A stretch of DNA of 64,000 bases from positions 3,038,001 to 3,102,000 of the forward strand of contig CM102286.1 of NCBI GenBank assembly GCA_046563655.1, read 5' to 3'. Shown piece by piece: positions 24,833 to 37,542 of the stretch (the first letter of the stretch is position 1; each line of letters begins with the position of its first letter). The notes under the pieces are model-generated. The model had not been told where the DNA came from. It made no database searches and saw nothing but the letters and a program-made list of their open reading frames with translations. The translations under genes and the position numbers were made by a program. Source of the stretch: Yuukianura sp. NJ FZ-2021 (Eukaryota).

Positions 24833-26688
24833 ATGCCTACACCAACTTTTCTCCAATCTTTTGCCACTTGGTTTCTGATTTGTTTAAAATTCGCAATATT
24901 TTTCGTCATATTCTGGCCATTCGCAATTTACCGATTTGTAATTTCCCTCGTAGTTCCTCTTTTGTCCAAGGATATTACACACATTGTGTTTCCGTTTAGC
25001 AGTTTCTATTTCCCGGCAACATTCATTCCATATTCTCACGTGATCATTGAATTCAAACTACGCGGGAATCTTTCCGAGAACGCAAAACGCTCAATTTTGA
25101 ACAGATTCAAAGAAAAGTGCATTTTGGCCGAGAAAGGAGCCGGACGCCTTTTGTATCCCGAATTTCAGGAATTTCCTGTACTGTGTTGTGGCTACCCATT
25201 TTGGAAGCGGGACAAATCATTTCAACTGGAAAATCATGTCCGTCATGTTTATATTAAGGAAGTTGCTCAACTACAGACGCAAATCATGGCCATCCTGGAT
25301 ACTTCGTTTGCGCAGGACAGGAGTCCATGGGAATTGATTTTTGTTGAGGCCAAGGATTCTCCAAATTGTTTCTACATTTTTTTCAAATTTAGTCACATTT
25401 TGGGTGATGGGAGATCAATTTTTCATGCGTTTATGAAAGCGGCTGATGGAGACGCCAAAGTGATTGAATTTGGGTCCAACGAGACATCTTGGACGACTCA
25501 CGTCACTAGGATTTTGAATTTTGTGCCAACTTTGTTGCGCGTCTTGTATCTAATGACGGAGCTTAACTCTATTGGGCCTTGGGTGGCTCAAGGTCAAGTG
25601 GGTGTGACCTTGACGACAGTCACTGAACCTATATCGCTCATGCGCGTTAAGGAACAAAGCAGGAAATTTGGAGTTTGCGTGCCAGCGTTCATGTTGGCTA
25701 TGAATGTTGGAGCTATTCGGAGAAAAATGCTGGCCGATGGAGATCCAATTCCAAATAAGTTACAGACAAACATTGCACTCAACGTGCCACATCATTCGAA
25801 GTCGCTCACAAACGAATAGTAAGTCTTTTTAGTTCCTGACCTCCAAATTTCACAAAGTTGAAAATGCATTTTTATTTTTATTAGTATACAGAAGAGTCCC
25901 TAACTTCTGAAATTTGCAAAATACAAAACTAATGGCAATTGCACAACCGAGGGTTGGAAAGCTTTCTTAATCCAAGGTTCTATTGTCATTGCAAAATCTA
26001 AATGGGCGGATTTTGCAATGGCAATAGAATCAAAGACAGACTAATAATGGAATTTTCTAACCCCCGTTTGTGCAATTGCCATTTCATTTGTATTTTGCAC
26101 GTTTCATGAGTTACAGACTCTTCTGTATAATGTAATTTCATGTTATATTTTCGTTCAGCGCAACGTTTATTCTGGATCTGCCAGTTGATTCAGCGAAGTT
26201 GACCGATAGATTGGCCCGTCTAGAACAAGAAATCCAGAAAGAACGTATAATGCTTTCAAGCCGAACTTACTACATACTTGCGGGAGCGTTGAGCAGATTA
26301 CCCATGTGGTTCCATAGGCTGAAGCAACCATGTACGGCTACGAGCATATTTCCTGGTCCAACAAATACATTGTCCATTTGTAACCATCAAATTGAAGATG
26401 TATCGTTCGCCATCAACAGAATTTCATCAAATGATTACAGTAACACACATATAAACTCTTATTTAAAGTAATAATTATATTAATTTTAAACATTTTTTTG
26501 TATTAGCTATTGTTCTCAACGTGTTATCGTACAACGGACATATTCGATTTCGGAGTTTAGGGGACGCCAAAATTTTTGAATCCCAATCTCATGCTGACGA
26601 ATTTTCAAAATTTATTTTGGAAGAATTGGAAGAAGCTGAAAAAACTTTGGAGCCAAATTCTCAACTACCGCTTACAACAATTCTGTAA
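24833..26688 (+). CDS. Wax ester synthase/diacylglycerol O-acyltransferase (WS/DGAT)-like protein, three exons
   Basis: Exons 24833-25818, 26159-26439, 26507-26688. N-terminal hydrophobic anchor, RSPWELIFV, SHILGDG (HxxxDG active-site motif), C-terminal VLSYNGHIRF. Confidence 0.8.
25885..26129. mobile_element. Tc1/mariner-type foldback MITE in intron 1 of the acyltransferase
   Basis: ~75-bp imperfect TIRs starting tatacagaagagtc and ending gactcttctgtata (TA-flanked), plus a central hairpin ttctattgtcattgcaaaatc / gattttgcaatggcaatagaa. Confidence 0.8.
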
Positions 26689-26870
26689 AAGCAGAATGCT
26701 CAACTACTGTTTACATACTCTCTCATTTTACTATACAAAAATATAGACATTGAGCTTAATGTGAATAGAATTTTTTTTTCAAGTAATTCTCGGTGGGTTG
26801 ATTTTAGGTTCAGAATTACAGTAAAGAAAATAATTGGGAGAATTTACACTTTCCAGTTGAATTTGAATTA

Positions 26871-27016
26871 TCCAAAATTTAAAATTCTCTACGAAGATTT
26901 TGCCTTTGAGAAATTTTTTTCAAATTGTTCGGCAAAACTGAAAGTAAAAATTCAAAAGATGGATAAACGCTCACCGTCTACCTATGGTTCCATTTATTTC
27001 GAGACGCAATCGAAAT
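26871..27016 (+). repeat. ~146-bp direct repeat, copy 1 (3' side of the H2A gene)
   Basis: Aligns by eye with 28996-29144, e.g. gctcaccgtctacctatggttccatttatttcgagacgcaatcgaaat versus gctcaccgtctatctatggttccatttatctcgagacgcaatcgaaat. Confidence 0.85.
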
Positions 27017-27383
27017 TGGAAACCTACGCCGGAGGAATATTCGGCCAAACTTCTCCGGCTGAAAGTAAAGAAAGAAAAAAAATGACTGGGCGGGAGCAAG
27101 AAAACGAAAACACTGAACATTTTTGTAAGATTGCTTTGTTTGACGAAGTCAACAGGTTCCTTAAATCTAACCGTAACTTAACTAAACTTCTTCGCTAACT
27201 ACCGAAGAAAAAAACGCAATTAGTTGACTTGTTCTCCAAAGTGATTTAATACTCTTCTACCCAGCATTCAATCGAATAGAATCCTAGATTATAGCGTAAG
27301 CGAAAAGAAAAAATCGAAACTCAGAGTCCGCTTGAGAATTGTATGGGGAGAGCAGATTAGGGGATGATGCCGCTGACGAAGAA

Positions 27384-28086
27384 TTAGCAATGTTGACCCG
27401 CCTCCGCGTCGCTCACGCATTCCAGATCAACTGTAATGGGTGATGGCTTCGGTGGAGGTTCAAGTACCTCCACCTCTTCTTCTTTAACTTCAGTTTCACT
27501 TTTCACGAGCTCCGATTTCAGCTCTGCAGAATTAATTGTTCGAAAGTTGGCATCAGTAAATAATTTGACCTCCTTCATTCTAAAACGAAAACGACAGTTG
27601 ATCACATGATACTTAGCCAACCAAGCAGTATGTAATATCAACCAGTATGTCAACTTTTAAATGTTAATTTAATATTTAATTTTGAATCACTTACTCAGCT
27701 TCATTGTCATTAAGAGATCGTTTAATCGTTTTCTTGGGCAAGAGAACTGCTTGTATGTTTGGCAAGACTCCTCCCTGTGCGATGGAAACTCCAGGAAACA
27801 GCTTGTTCAACTCTTCGTCCATGCGAATGGCCAGCTGGAGATGACGAGGAATGATACGCGTGTTCCTGCTGTCACGAGCATAGTTTCCAGCCAATTCCAG
27901 AAGTTCTGCAGTAAGGTACTCCATGACAGCAGCCAAGTACACTGGAGCTCCTGCCCCAATTTTTTCAGCGTAGTTGCCTATTCTGAGGAGATGGAAGATT
28001 CTGCCTACTGGAAACTGTAGTCCTGCTCTGCTTGACCGGCACTTCGCCTTCGACTTGACCTTTCCTGCTGTTGCTAGTCCCGACAT
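27384..28086 (-). CDS. H2A: Divergent histone H2A variant: 131 aa unspliced, or 195 aa with a spliced acidic C-terminal extension
   Basis: Histone fold is unmistakable ([53 protein letters not shown]). Donor GA|GTAAGT overlaps the first stop; intron 27694-27580 joins in frame to exon 27579-27384. No canonical histone 3' stem-loop seen. Confidence 0.9.
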
Positions 28087-28995
28087 GATGTGTGGCTGTA
28101 GTGGGTAAAACGGTCGAGATTGAAACCGTCCTTCCTCTTCTCTCGAAGTGGGTTCACCGAAAAGGCAGATAACCCAAATAGGCAGATAAGTGAGATAATT
28201 AGATAAGAAAGCGGAATTGCCAGATAATCCGATAACGTAAAAATATCAAAACCATTGTAAACGCCGTACGTAAGTAGAAGTAGCGAAATGTACCCGAAGG
28301 TTTGTAACGGAGTCATTCGATCATTTGAAGCACCAGGTCGAAGTTCCAGGTCACCAGAACAAAATTTGTTTGGCTCGATGAAATGAACAACTTTTGTATA
28401 GATTTTTTTTCGTTAATATTGGAATTAGCCTGACCTATGACACGGAAGTAGTGAACTTCCGGTCAAAGCGGAAACGAATTAATCACCCCCAAACCATGTC
28501 AAGGTAATCTGAGGAGACAAATTAAAAACAATTTCAGTGGGTCTGGAGTTATAGACGTGCGGAGCACGAGCGAGGCCATTTTATAACTTCTAGCGTCTAT
28601 ATGTCCGTAACCGCGAAGGCGAAGGTGACCTACGCAGAAGTTGTTCGTGTCAATGAGGTAAACAACTTCTGAAGAGTTATACCACAACTGGCGGATATCC
28701 GAATCTAAAATACAACTTAACTCCTGAAGAGGTTATTCCTCCGATTTTCGTCACAAATTTACTTGACCTTGACCTTTGACCCAGAAGTTGTCTAATTCCG
28801 GTCAAACCGGAAACCGATTAATAATACCTGGACCATGTGAAATTCATCTGCGAAGACAGATTTAAAATTGGTACAATGGTTCCAGAGTTTCGGTGACAAG
28901 CAGACGAATAGACGGACAGACTCGGGGAAAAGATAAAGTAGCTCATATTTTCGCTGCTTAATAATTTGCACGTTCCCGTCGAGTTGGTCGAATAG

Positions 28996-29144
28996 TCCAA
29001 AATTGAAAATTCTTTACGGAGATTTTGCCTTTAAGAATTTTTTTTTCGGAAGTGTTCGGCAAATCTCAAAGTAAAAATTTCAAAAGACGAATAAAAGCTC
29101 ACCGTCTATCTATGGTTCCATTTATCTCGAGACGCAATCGAAAT
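28996..29144 (+). repeat. ~146-bp direct repeat, copy 2 (5' side of the H2A gene)
   Basis: Direct copy of 26871-27016 with scattered substitutions. Confidence 0.85.
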
Positions 29145-30031
29145 GTAGAACATAATATTTGTATGTTCCTCCACTTCATTTGGTGCCGCGTGCTCATCAA
29201 ACAAATCTTCCACTTCAAATTGAACTTCATTTTTTAAAAGTTTTTTTTTGATTATGCGTATTCTAACACACGCCCTACTCTAGCTGTTGCGCGTGCTCAG
29301 ACCACCAGCAGCTAGCACAATTTCATTTCCATTTTTAATGCAACGCATTCTGGTTTTCAACGAAAGGCTTCATAGATTTTGACCAAATTTTTGAAATGTT
29401 TGATCTAAAGTTTAAAAACGGGAAGCTTTTGATTATTAAAGTGAATTGGATAGTCCATTTCCCGCCCTGTTATTTGCTCGATTAAATTGGATTAATAGCT
29501 AGAGGACACCGAAAAGGAAATTTTGAAATTTGTAAGGGTCTCATTGAAATGCAAGGGACAGAGGGCAAAGGCCCCCTGCCCCCTAACATCTTCTGCTTTT
29601 AAGATTGTTTTCTGTCCCGCTGCTTCCAGCCACAGAAGAAGAATCTGTTGGTTTTAAAACAGAATGGCAGGGAGGCAACTAACGCTAGTCGACTGTATCA
29701 AAAGATCTCTTCTGGAAGAAAAGTTCTTTTAAAAACGAGGACCAGACACAATTTTATTTTTAGTTCTGGTGAACATCTCAGTGGGGATGGCCACACTTTT
29801 TGTCTAATCGTCAAAAAACCACAGCCAAACCACCAAGTTTAACCACAAAACCATACTTTTATTAACAAGGCGTTGACCTAAACAAATTTGACCTTTGACC
29901 TTGGCAAAACTTTGGCGTAGCAGTGTTGACCTCTAACTTTCACACTACGCTGTGAATATAATTTTAAGCGACATGCGTAGTAAGCTGCCGATTGGTTCAA
30001 ACTGGAGAGTAAAGTAAGCTGATTGGACAGA

Positions 30032-33000
30032 ATGACAAAAACTCAACTTTTAACTGTTTTCATTCTCACGCAATTCGTTTCCCTGGCAAGCGCACAAGGT
30101 AAGCCAATTTAAATTTTGGCGCGATTTCATATTGCAAATTTTTCGATTTGGACTACCACAGTATGAAAAAATCGCAATTTTTAGTTAAAACTTTTTGTTT
30201 GAATTCTAGCTCCAAATTGTTGTGACAATGTGAGCGGCTCCTGCGCAGTATCATGCAGACAGGTGAGTAAATTTTCTGTATAATGCGCTATGATTTTAAG
30301 GCTGGATTTTAAGACAAATGTTTTTAAGAAGCTTATTTTAAATTTTGTATAAGAAAAAATTAGTTTCCAGTGCACACTGCACACATTTTCTATATGAGCT
30401 TAAAGTTAATAGGATTTTCTGCTTGAGTTGAAATGAATGGAGCGGAAGGTGTTGGTAGAAATTAGAACGGACGCCTTGAGCCCTCATAATTCCCACAAAA
30501 CCAAAATGTGTCCCTCTTGTTCTAAACAGTCCCCAAAATTTTCATTTTCTAAACAAGCTTCAAAATTCAATTCCAAAAGCTCCTTTTTCAAAACCATTAT
30601 GGCCAGACGTAATCTGTTTTACAGTAAGGTGACATATCCACTTAAAGCCTTAGACTCAAAAAAACTTTTACCCCCGCTGATGAATCCCATACGCTTCTCA
30701 AAATCTTAATTTTTCTAAAGATCCAAGTTGGAAATTTGAGCTTCCACAGATGTGATACATGATTCATGGTTTTCCGTTTTTTTTTATTCTAAAAAAAACA
30801 TTTTTTTCTGAAAAACTTTTGCACTAGATTCAAAAAAAAAATGTAAAGCAAATAAAAGTTATAGTTCAAGCGGAAATAGGTTGAGCATTATTCACACTCA
30901 ATTTTTCGAAATATCTCTTTTTTCCTCGTTTTTTCGTTGTTTGTCAATTTTATTTCGTTGAGTTTGGGATTTTTTTTTTAGAACAACACTCGAATCAACT
31001 GAATGCTTTTGCAATACCAACCCACTTGGTTATACTTAAAAGTTTTTTTAAGCAAAGAAAACAAAAATCTGCAAACCGACACTTGAATTTTGAAAACCAT
31101 TTGCTCAATTGGCAGTGACAACTCCGTGTTTTTTTGAATACTAAATTGGACCGACGCCATATCCACATTTTTGCCAACCCCTTTTTTCACACCATTTACA
31201 CAGACAGAATGACTCCTCCGCCCATTTCAAATTGAAATAAATTTTGAAATTCAATTTTATACGATTTGAAAAAAATAATAATTCCAACAATGATTTTAGT
31301 TGTGACAGGCCTATCAGCATGTCACGACAGTTCTAACAAAAGGAACAATGAACCGGAAAATCCACAAAGAACAGCGTCTGAATAGACTTCTTTTGGACAA
31401 TTCTATAGATTCAATACTCTCCGTTCAATTCTTCAATGTCCATTCACAAAATTTTCTGTTCACTTTGTCGGAATGTCACAACATCTGGAAAGAATCGATT
31501 TTCAATTTCAAAATTTTTGTTAAATTTAAAATTTAAAGTGTGAGGTATTATGCGTTACTTAAGTAATTTCTAGTTTTAGAATTGATGAAAACTAAAAATT
31601 TGAATTCATTCTGTTAAAAAAATTTGAGCATCCAAGGCGTCCCACAGCGGAATGAAAAATGTTCAGCCCTTTTTGATCCCTGCTGCCTCTTGTATTTCTA
31701 TTTTCTCCAAAAGCGTTTTGTCTAAGTTGAAAACAAACAGAAATGGTTGTTTTTTGAATTGAAATCCGAGTGAACTCCTGCTTGGATTCTGTCATGAATT
31801 CATTCCCATTAATTCTACCCAAGATCAAGACCATCCAAACGATAACCTCCCAGCAGTCAAGTAAAGTCCCTTGTTGCCTCAAATGTCTCCACTTCCCGCT
31901 GAGAGACTCAAATAAGTCCGAGCAACATTTTTTAGAACGAATTCCCTGTACTTTCAACTCAATTCTTCAGTTTCTGTTGAGAATTTTCCAAATTTTATAT
32001 TGAAATTTCCGTTTAAATTTACAAATTTCATTAAATTAAATTTTTCAGGTTTCGCTTGCAACTTTGGCTGCGGTTGCTGCGGGTACTGACTCATATCCTG
32101 CCCAGCTCAGATCTCTTTCAGCTTCCTGTCCATTGGAACTGGTAAGCAAAAATAATTAACGTTACTTTAATTTACGGCATAAGTTTAGAAAACGCAAAAA
32201 ATTTCCCGCGTTTTTCTGAAATAAGCATTGAAATGCACAAGTGACAGCTCTACTAAAAGTAAACGGATATTTTGAAACTTTGGTTTTTGACCAAAAAGTT
32301 TGAACGAAGTGAGAAAGAAATATTGTGACAACTTTATTGTCGTCCATTTCGGACAACCGTAAAACGAAATGACGCGTGACAGTAACGGCAACGCCAGTTT
32401 TTCTCGGAAACTATTTTATGGGAACCAGCAGACAAATGAATTATAGTCCAACACTCTTCAGTGGACTTAAGGTTTGACACTTTACTTAAAGTTTTCTGGA
32501 AGGTGATGGAGTATCTCCGGATTGTTTGGGACAAAATTTTAGTTTATGACCTCTGAACCAACAACATTTCAAAATTTTAGTTTCTTTTTTCTGTTGGAGG
32601 TTTATGACATTTCTTCTTCTGGTTTTATCTGTCTGTCTCCCTTGTCTTCAAATACAAACTTTTGGTTTTTCTCAAACCTACAAATCTCAAGATCATCTTC
32701 TACCCTAGACTTGCTAGACGTTAACCAAAACCACTACGGTGATGAACCACCAAAACCACTTTCCTCTAAAAATCCAATCTTAAGTACTGATAACTAAAAT
32801 TTTTCAAAAATTTACACCAAATTCCTGAAAACATCTCTTACATTGCCTACTTTTGAGCGTTTGTTGACAAATTTTAGCGGCAATTTACAAAAGACAAACT
32901 TAAAAAATGAGTCGTACGATGCTTTGAACCTGAAAAGTGTTAAGAAGTGACCCCGACAATGATAACCCCAAAAACAGAGATTTCCATATAGCAGATTGTG

Positions 33001-36000
33001 AATCATAAATCCAAGAAACCATAACTTATCATTAGAGGAAAGTTTTAGCGTAAGGTGACATAAAAATCTTGAAATTTTGAAATTTACCGCCACATGGAAT
33101 GAGTAACAATGAAAGTTACTGTTCGTTTTAGAAATTGTTACAAAAGTAGCAGATTACCAAAATGAGTAAAGAACGGAAGGGGCCTTAAGTCCTCTCCTTC
33201 TGTTTCCCTTCAACTTTTTTAGTTTCTGTTTGCGCCTGCCCTTGAATAAAAACAAACAGAAAATGAACAAACGTTGTTCATCTCAAACAATTTTTGTGAC
33301 TTAAAAGAATTGAAAAGGGTTTCGAATTTTGATCTAAAAAGTTCGTAAAAGTTAACCTAAACAAACATCGTTAGATGCGAGGCCACATCTGCGGTCGATT
33401 TTAACAGTCTCCCCTTCTTCCTTGGTCGTGCGTTGGAATCACTTGCACATGAAAATTTTTGTGTAGCAAACCGTTGTAGACAAAATTTGTGTGTAGGGAA
33501 AAGATGTACAGGAAATATCTTTGCGGTCAACAAATTATAAATTTTCTAATTAATAATTTCAGATTAATTTTTGGAATTGTATGAACGATACGTTAATTGG
33601 TAAGGAAAACCATACAAAAACACAATAAAATTTTTTCGTTGAATAGTGATAAAAATGAGGTTTTTTTTAATAGCGTTGCGTGAAGGTGCAGAATGGGAAG
33701 GGAGATCATGTTGTACTAATGCGCAGACTCCACATTGCAAAAGATCGTGTTTCTTAGGCCTGGAAAGAGCTGACGTTGAGCGTGGATGTCGCCGCAGTGA
33801 TGAACCTTCACTATACCACTGCTTACAGAGACAACATGTACGATGAAATTACTGTATTACGTCTTTTTTCAAAAAATCTTAAAACAAAAAGAGGTTTTTG
33901 AAATTGTAATTTTGTAACCGTTTTAATTTGAATTAGGATCTGGAAGAATGTTGTGGGCAGAGTAATCGCCCTGACTGTGTGGCCACTTGCCATGCACTGC
34001 TCCGTCAACCTGCAATGGCAGCAAACCTTGTTTCAGATACCAGGCGCAAGTTAGTTAACGTTTGTGAACGTGAATCAAGTCTTGTTTCTTGTGTCTTAAA
34101 CATCACACAGTCCGCTACAGCTCAAGTTACAAATCCAGAAAAATGTAAATTTTTACTGAAATTCCATGATCCATCAAAAATTAAAAATTTCAACTTCACA
34201 GAATTCGTCATTTTTAAACGAATTGTGTAATTTTTAGTTTTACCGTGCTGTGCAGAAGGCAGAAATAGAGCTTGCCGAGACACTTGTCAAAATATGTTTC
34301 AGTCAAACAGAGCTTTGGAGAAAGTCGTCATTGACACTTTGATTGCCAAAGGCTGCGGACAGCCACGCCCTGATGTAACAAAACTGATGAATTTCTTAAA
34401 TGAATTTCTGAAAACTGCATTTGCTAACAAAATTAAATTTTACAAAAAAAAAATCGAACATTTTAAAATTTCCAGGACAAAATGTGGGGCTGCTTTCTGC
34501 AGCGAGTAGAACCGCAAGGAACGACGACGTCGCCGTCAAAAATACATCGTCTAGGAATGGACGCTCCAAAACTCCACTGCTGTCATCGGTACATAAATTT
34601 TTCCAAAAAATTCAAAATTGCTAAAAAAAAAAAAGAAATTCGAAATATATTTATCTCTGTCACGCAGGTCACGTGGTGAAACTTGTCGCCGACTGTGTTA
34701 CAACACGTACAGTCGAGAATGGAGCGATTCCTGGGCCGACTTTGACTCCATTTGTCTCTCGTCTCCTGACCAAGTTCACCTTCGCTCATGCGTAGAAGAA
34801 GTTGACGAACCCTGTGAACTTGGGTGTGATGGACTCAACTTCTGTACAGAATTCAACCACCGTCCAGCAGAACTGTTCCGCCGCTGTTCTTCCGCTGGTG
34901 ACTTGTCGGCTCAAGCCCAATTTCAATACTGGATGGCTTCTGGACTAATTCCGCTCTCCGATTCCCACCGACTTCCGATTCGGAATGACTCGGGATGTAG
35001 TCAAAGGTGGAAGATGGTTGCTTGTGCTCTAGAACTAAAGCCGTGTCACCTCAGAAACCATGCTACACAAATATGTCTCTCCGACTGTGTGTCGCTTCTA
35101 CATGACTGCTTAGACTTTGATCAGTTTCTGGACGAAGGTCAAGAGGTCGAATCCATTTGTGAGCTACTGTCTCCCCCTTCTGGAAAACCATGCATCTCAC
35201 TCTCCAAATACTCACCAGTAACCGATGTTGTCAAGTCACAGGTAGGTCAAAGGTCACAAAACATATCATAATCTAACTAACTATATATATAAATATAATA
35301 TTTTATTACTTTGTCTTTTTACTTGTTGTAGGTGACTAGACCCTGTCAGAGTCTCCCGTGCAACAATAGTCAAATGTGTTCAGTATCTCAAAGTGGATGT
35401 CCCAAGGGTGGAGACTGTCCTCCCTACACATGCGTAGATGGATGTCGCCTGGGAGAAGTGTCCAAGGTCGTTGCAGAAGTTGGAGCTCTAGTGCGAGTTC
35501 CAATTCCGACTCCAGGATGCCATAGACTGTGTCGCTGTTCTGCGCAAGGTCAAGTGAATGGCTGTCTCCCACCCAAATGCGACTCACCTTCTCCATGTTG
35601 GGTGCAACGACGACGAATCGGTAGAACTTGGAAAAAAATTTTCAAAAGTAAACCAGAAGCAAAAGCCTGAAAAAACTTACATTTTTTTTTATTGTAGATC
35701 ACGGAACTACGTTCACGGTGGACTGCAACCTATGTTCCTGTCGTTCCGGTGAAATTGCTTGTACAAAGCAGAATTGCTTTCCAACAACAGTTCAAGCTGG
35801 ACAGAAAGAACAAAAAATGACGCCATGCGCATGTGCACCGATACTCTCTCCTGTTTGCGGTTCCAATGGAAAGACGTATTTTTCTCATTGTATTGCAAGG
35901 TAAGGAAATTTCATAATTGATACCAAAATTACAATTTGCGGCTAAAAAGTTGTTTAATTCTAACAAAATGAATTTTTAGGTGTAGTGGATTGAGTGATGC

Positions 36001-37086
36001 AGAAATTGAGCCCGGTGACTGCAAGGACAAAAATGTTTGTGAAGGTGTATACTGTGGAAGTGACCATCGATGTATTCCTTACCATCGTGTCTGTCTTCAT
36101 CCGTACCGTCGCAAGTGCCACCAGTATCAATGTGGTATGAATCAAAATTTTCAAATTGAAATTTTCAAAGTTTTTCAAAATTAAATGATGTTACTTTTTT
36201 CAGTTCCTTCAACTTGCAGTAGTCGAGGAATTGTCTGTGATACATCAGGAAATCAACACGAAAATTTGTGTTCACTGCTTGCAGTAGGTCAGCGTCTAAG
36301 TCATAACGGACAATGTACCAGACAATGCGACAATACAACACCCGTTTGCGGCATAGATGGAATGACATATACTTCTGAATGTGCTGCCGAAGGAGCTGGG
36401 ATTCCCAAAGACTATGAAGGAAAATGTCGCTTTTTGGCCATTAATGGCCGTGGTGTGAATTGTCCCAATGCCAACTGCCCATCACTGCCAGTACATTGTA
36501 GCGGCGTAGTTCCGCCTGGAGCGTGTTGTCCCCTCTGCGCAGGCGTTGCCAGACTTACGTTCAGTCCTGCTCTGACACTTCGCTTAGCTGAAGAGACTGA
36601 TTCACAACTTGTCACTGTAGATGTCATGCGTCGAAAACTGGAGTCACTTGTTCAAACAGCAGAATGTCGCTTAGGAGCTTACCTTGGACAGGGAGCAGAG
36701 TTAGTTGTTATTGTACGGCCACGGTGGACTCCTTACACAAAAGTGCATCTCTACGCATGCGCTGCAGAGGCACACCGAATCTCAGTTCTGGTCAACCGAA
36801 AAAGTTCAATTTTACAAGTGAGTTGTCAAATGTAGCTAATTCTTGTCTGAATTTTAATTCAACTGTAGAAAAAAGACAATACTACTGGTTTCGAAAATTG
36901 ATTTTGATGAAAAAAGTTTTGTCTGAAGAGTTGCTTTTTGAATTGCAGATAGACGCCGTGTTAAATTTGCTTAGCGGCGCCGTTTCTTACGAACTTGGAA
37001 GTGCCGGCAGTGTGTCAAAGGTCAACTGGATATTGACATGGACTTGCGTTGCTATATTGCCAGTCTTCAAAATTTTTTACTATTGA
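30032..37086 (+). CDS. RECK: RECK (reversion-inducing cysteine-rich protein with Kazal motifs)
   Basis: Signal peptide exon 30032-30098 ([22 protein letters not shown]). CC-domain repeats (NCCD, SCCT, ECCG, PCCA, LHCC), [30 protein letters not shown], Kazal motifs [10 protein letters not shown] and [27 protein letters not shown], hydrophobic GPI-type C-terminus; stop 37084-37086. Confidence 0.93.
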
Positions 37087-37542
37087 CGGTGGTGGTTAGT
37101 AAAAATGGGCTCCTAAACTGTGATATTTAACGGCAGACAACGAAGATGGCACGCGTTGAGTACAGATCTTAGAAAATTAATTGCTCGAAGCAACAACTAC
37201 CAATAATTTTGAGTACAACTAAAATTCTGACAAAAAAAGTTAAATAAATTTTATTTTAATAAAAGTGAATGTAGGTCAAGGTTTTGTTTTGAGCTCTTTT
37301 ACATATCAATTATTTTTTATGATTTTTATTTTATATCTACAAACAGGTTTGTCTAGTAACCCAACATGATTTTGACGCAATTTTGATTGCTGAACACAAG
37401 AAATGACATGGACGATAAAAAGTTTATTTTGTGAAAGATTTTACGCTAAGACAGAATTTGCAAGTTGTAGCGACTGCATACCGTCCGATTCAAAGTTTAT
37501 TTCAAGTTGTCAAAGCTGAATTTGAGTAGATTTAAATTCAAA

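Noticed and set aside
26761..27198. 145-aa ORF next to H2A
   Set aside because: Overlaps the non-coding direct repeat, has no recognisable domain, and the frame is not preserved in the second copy.
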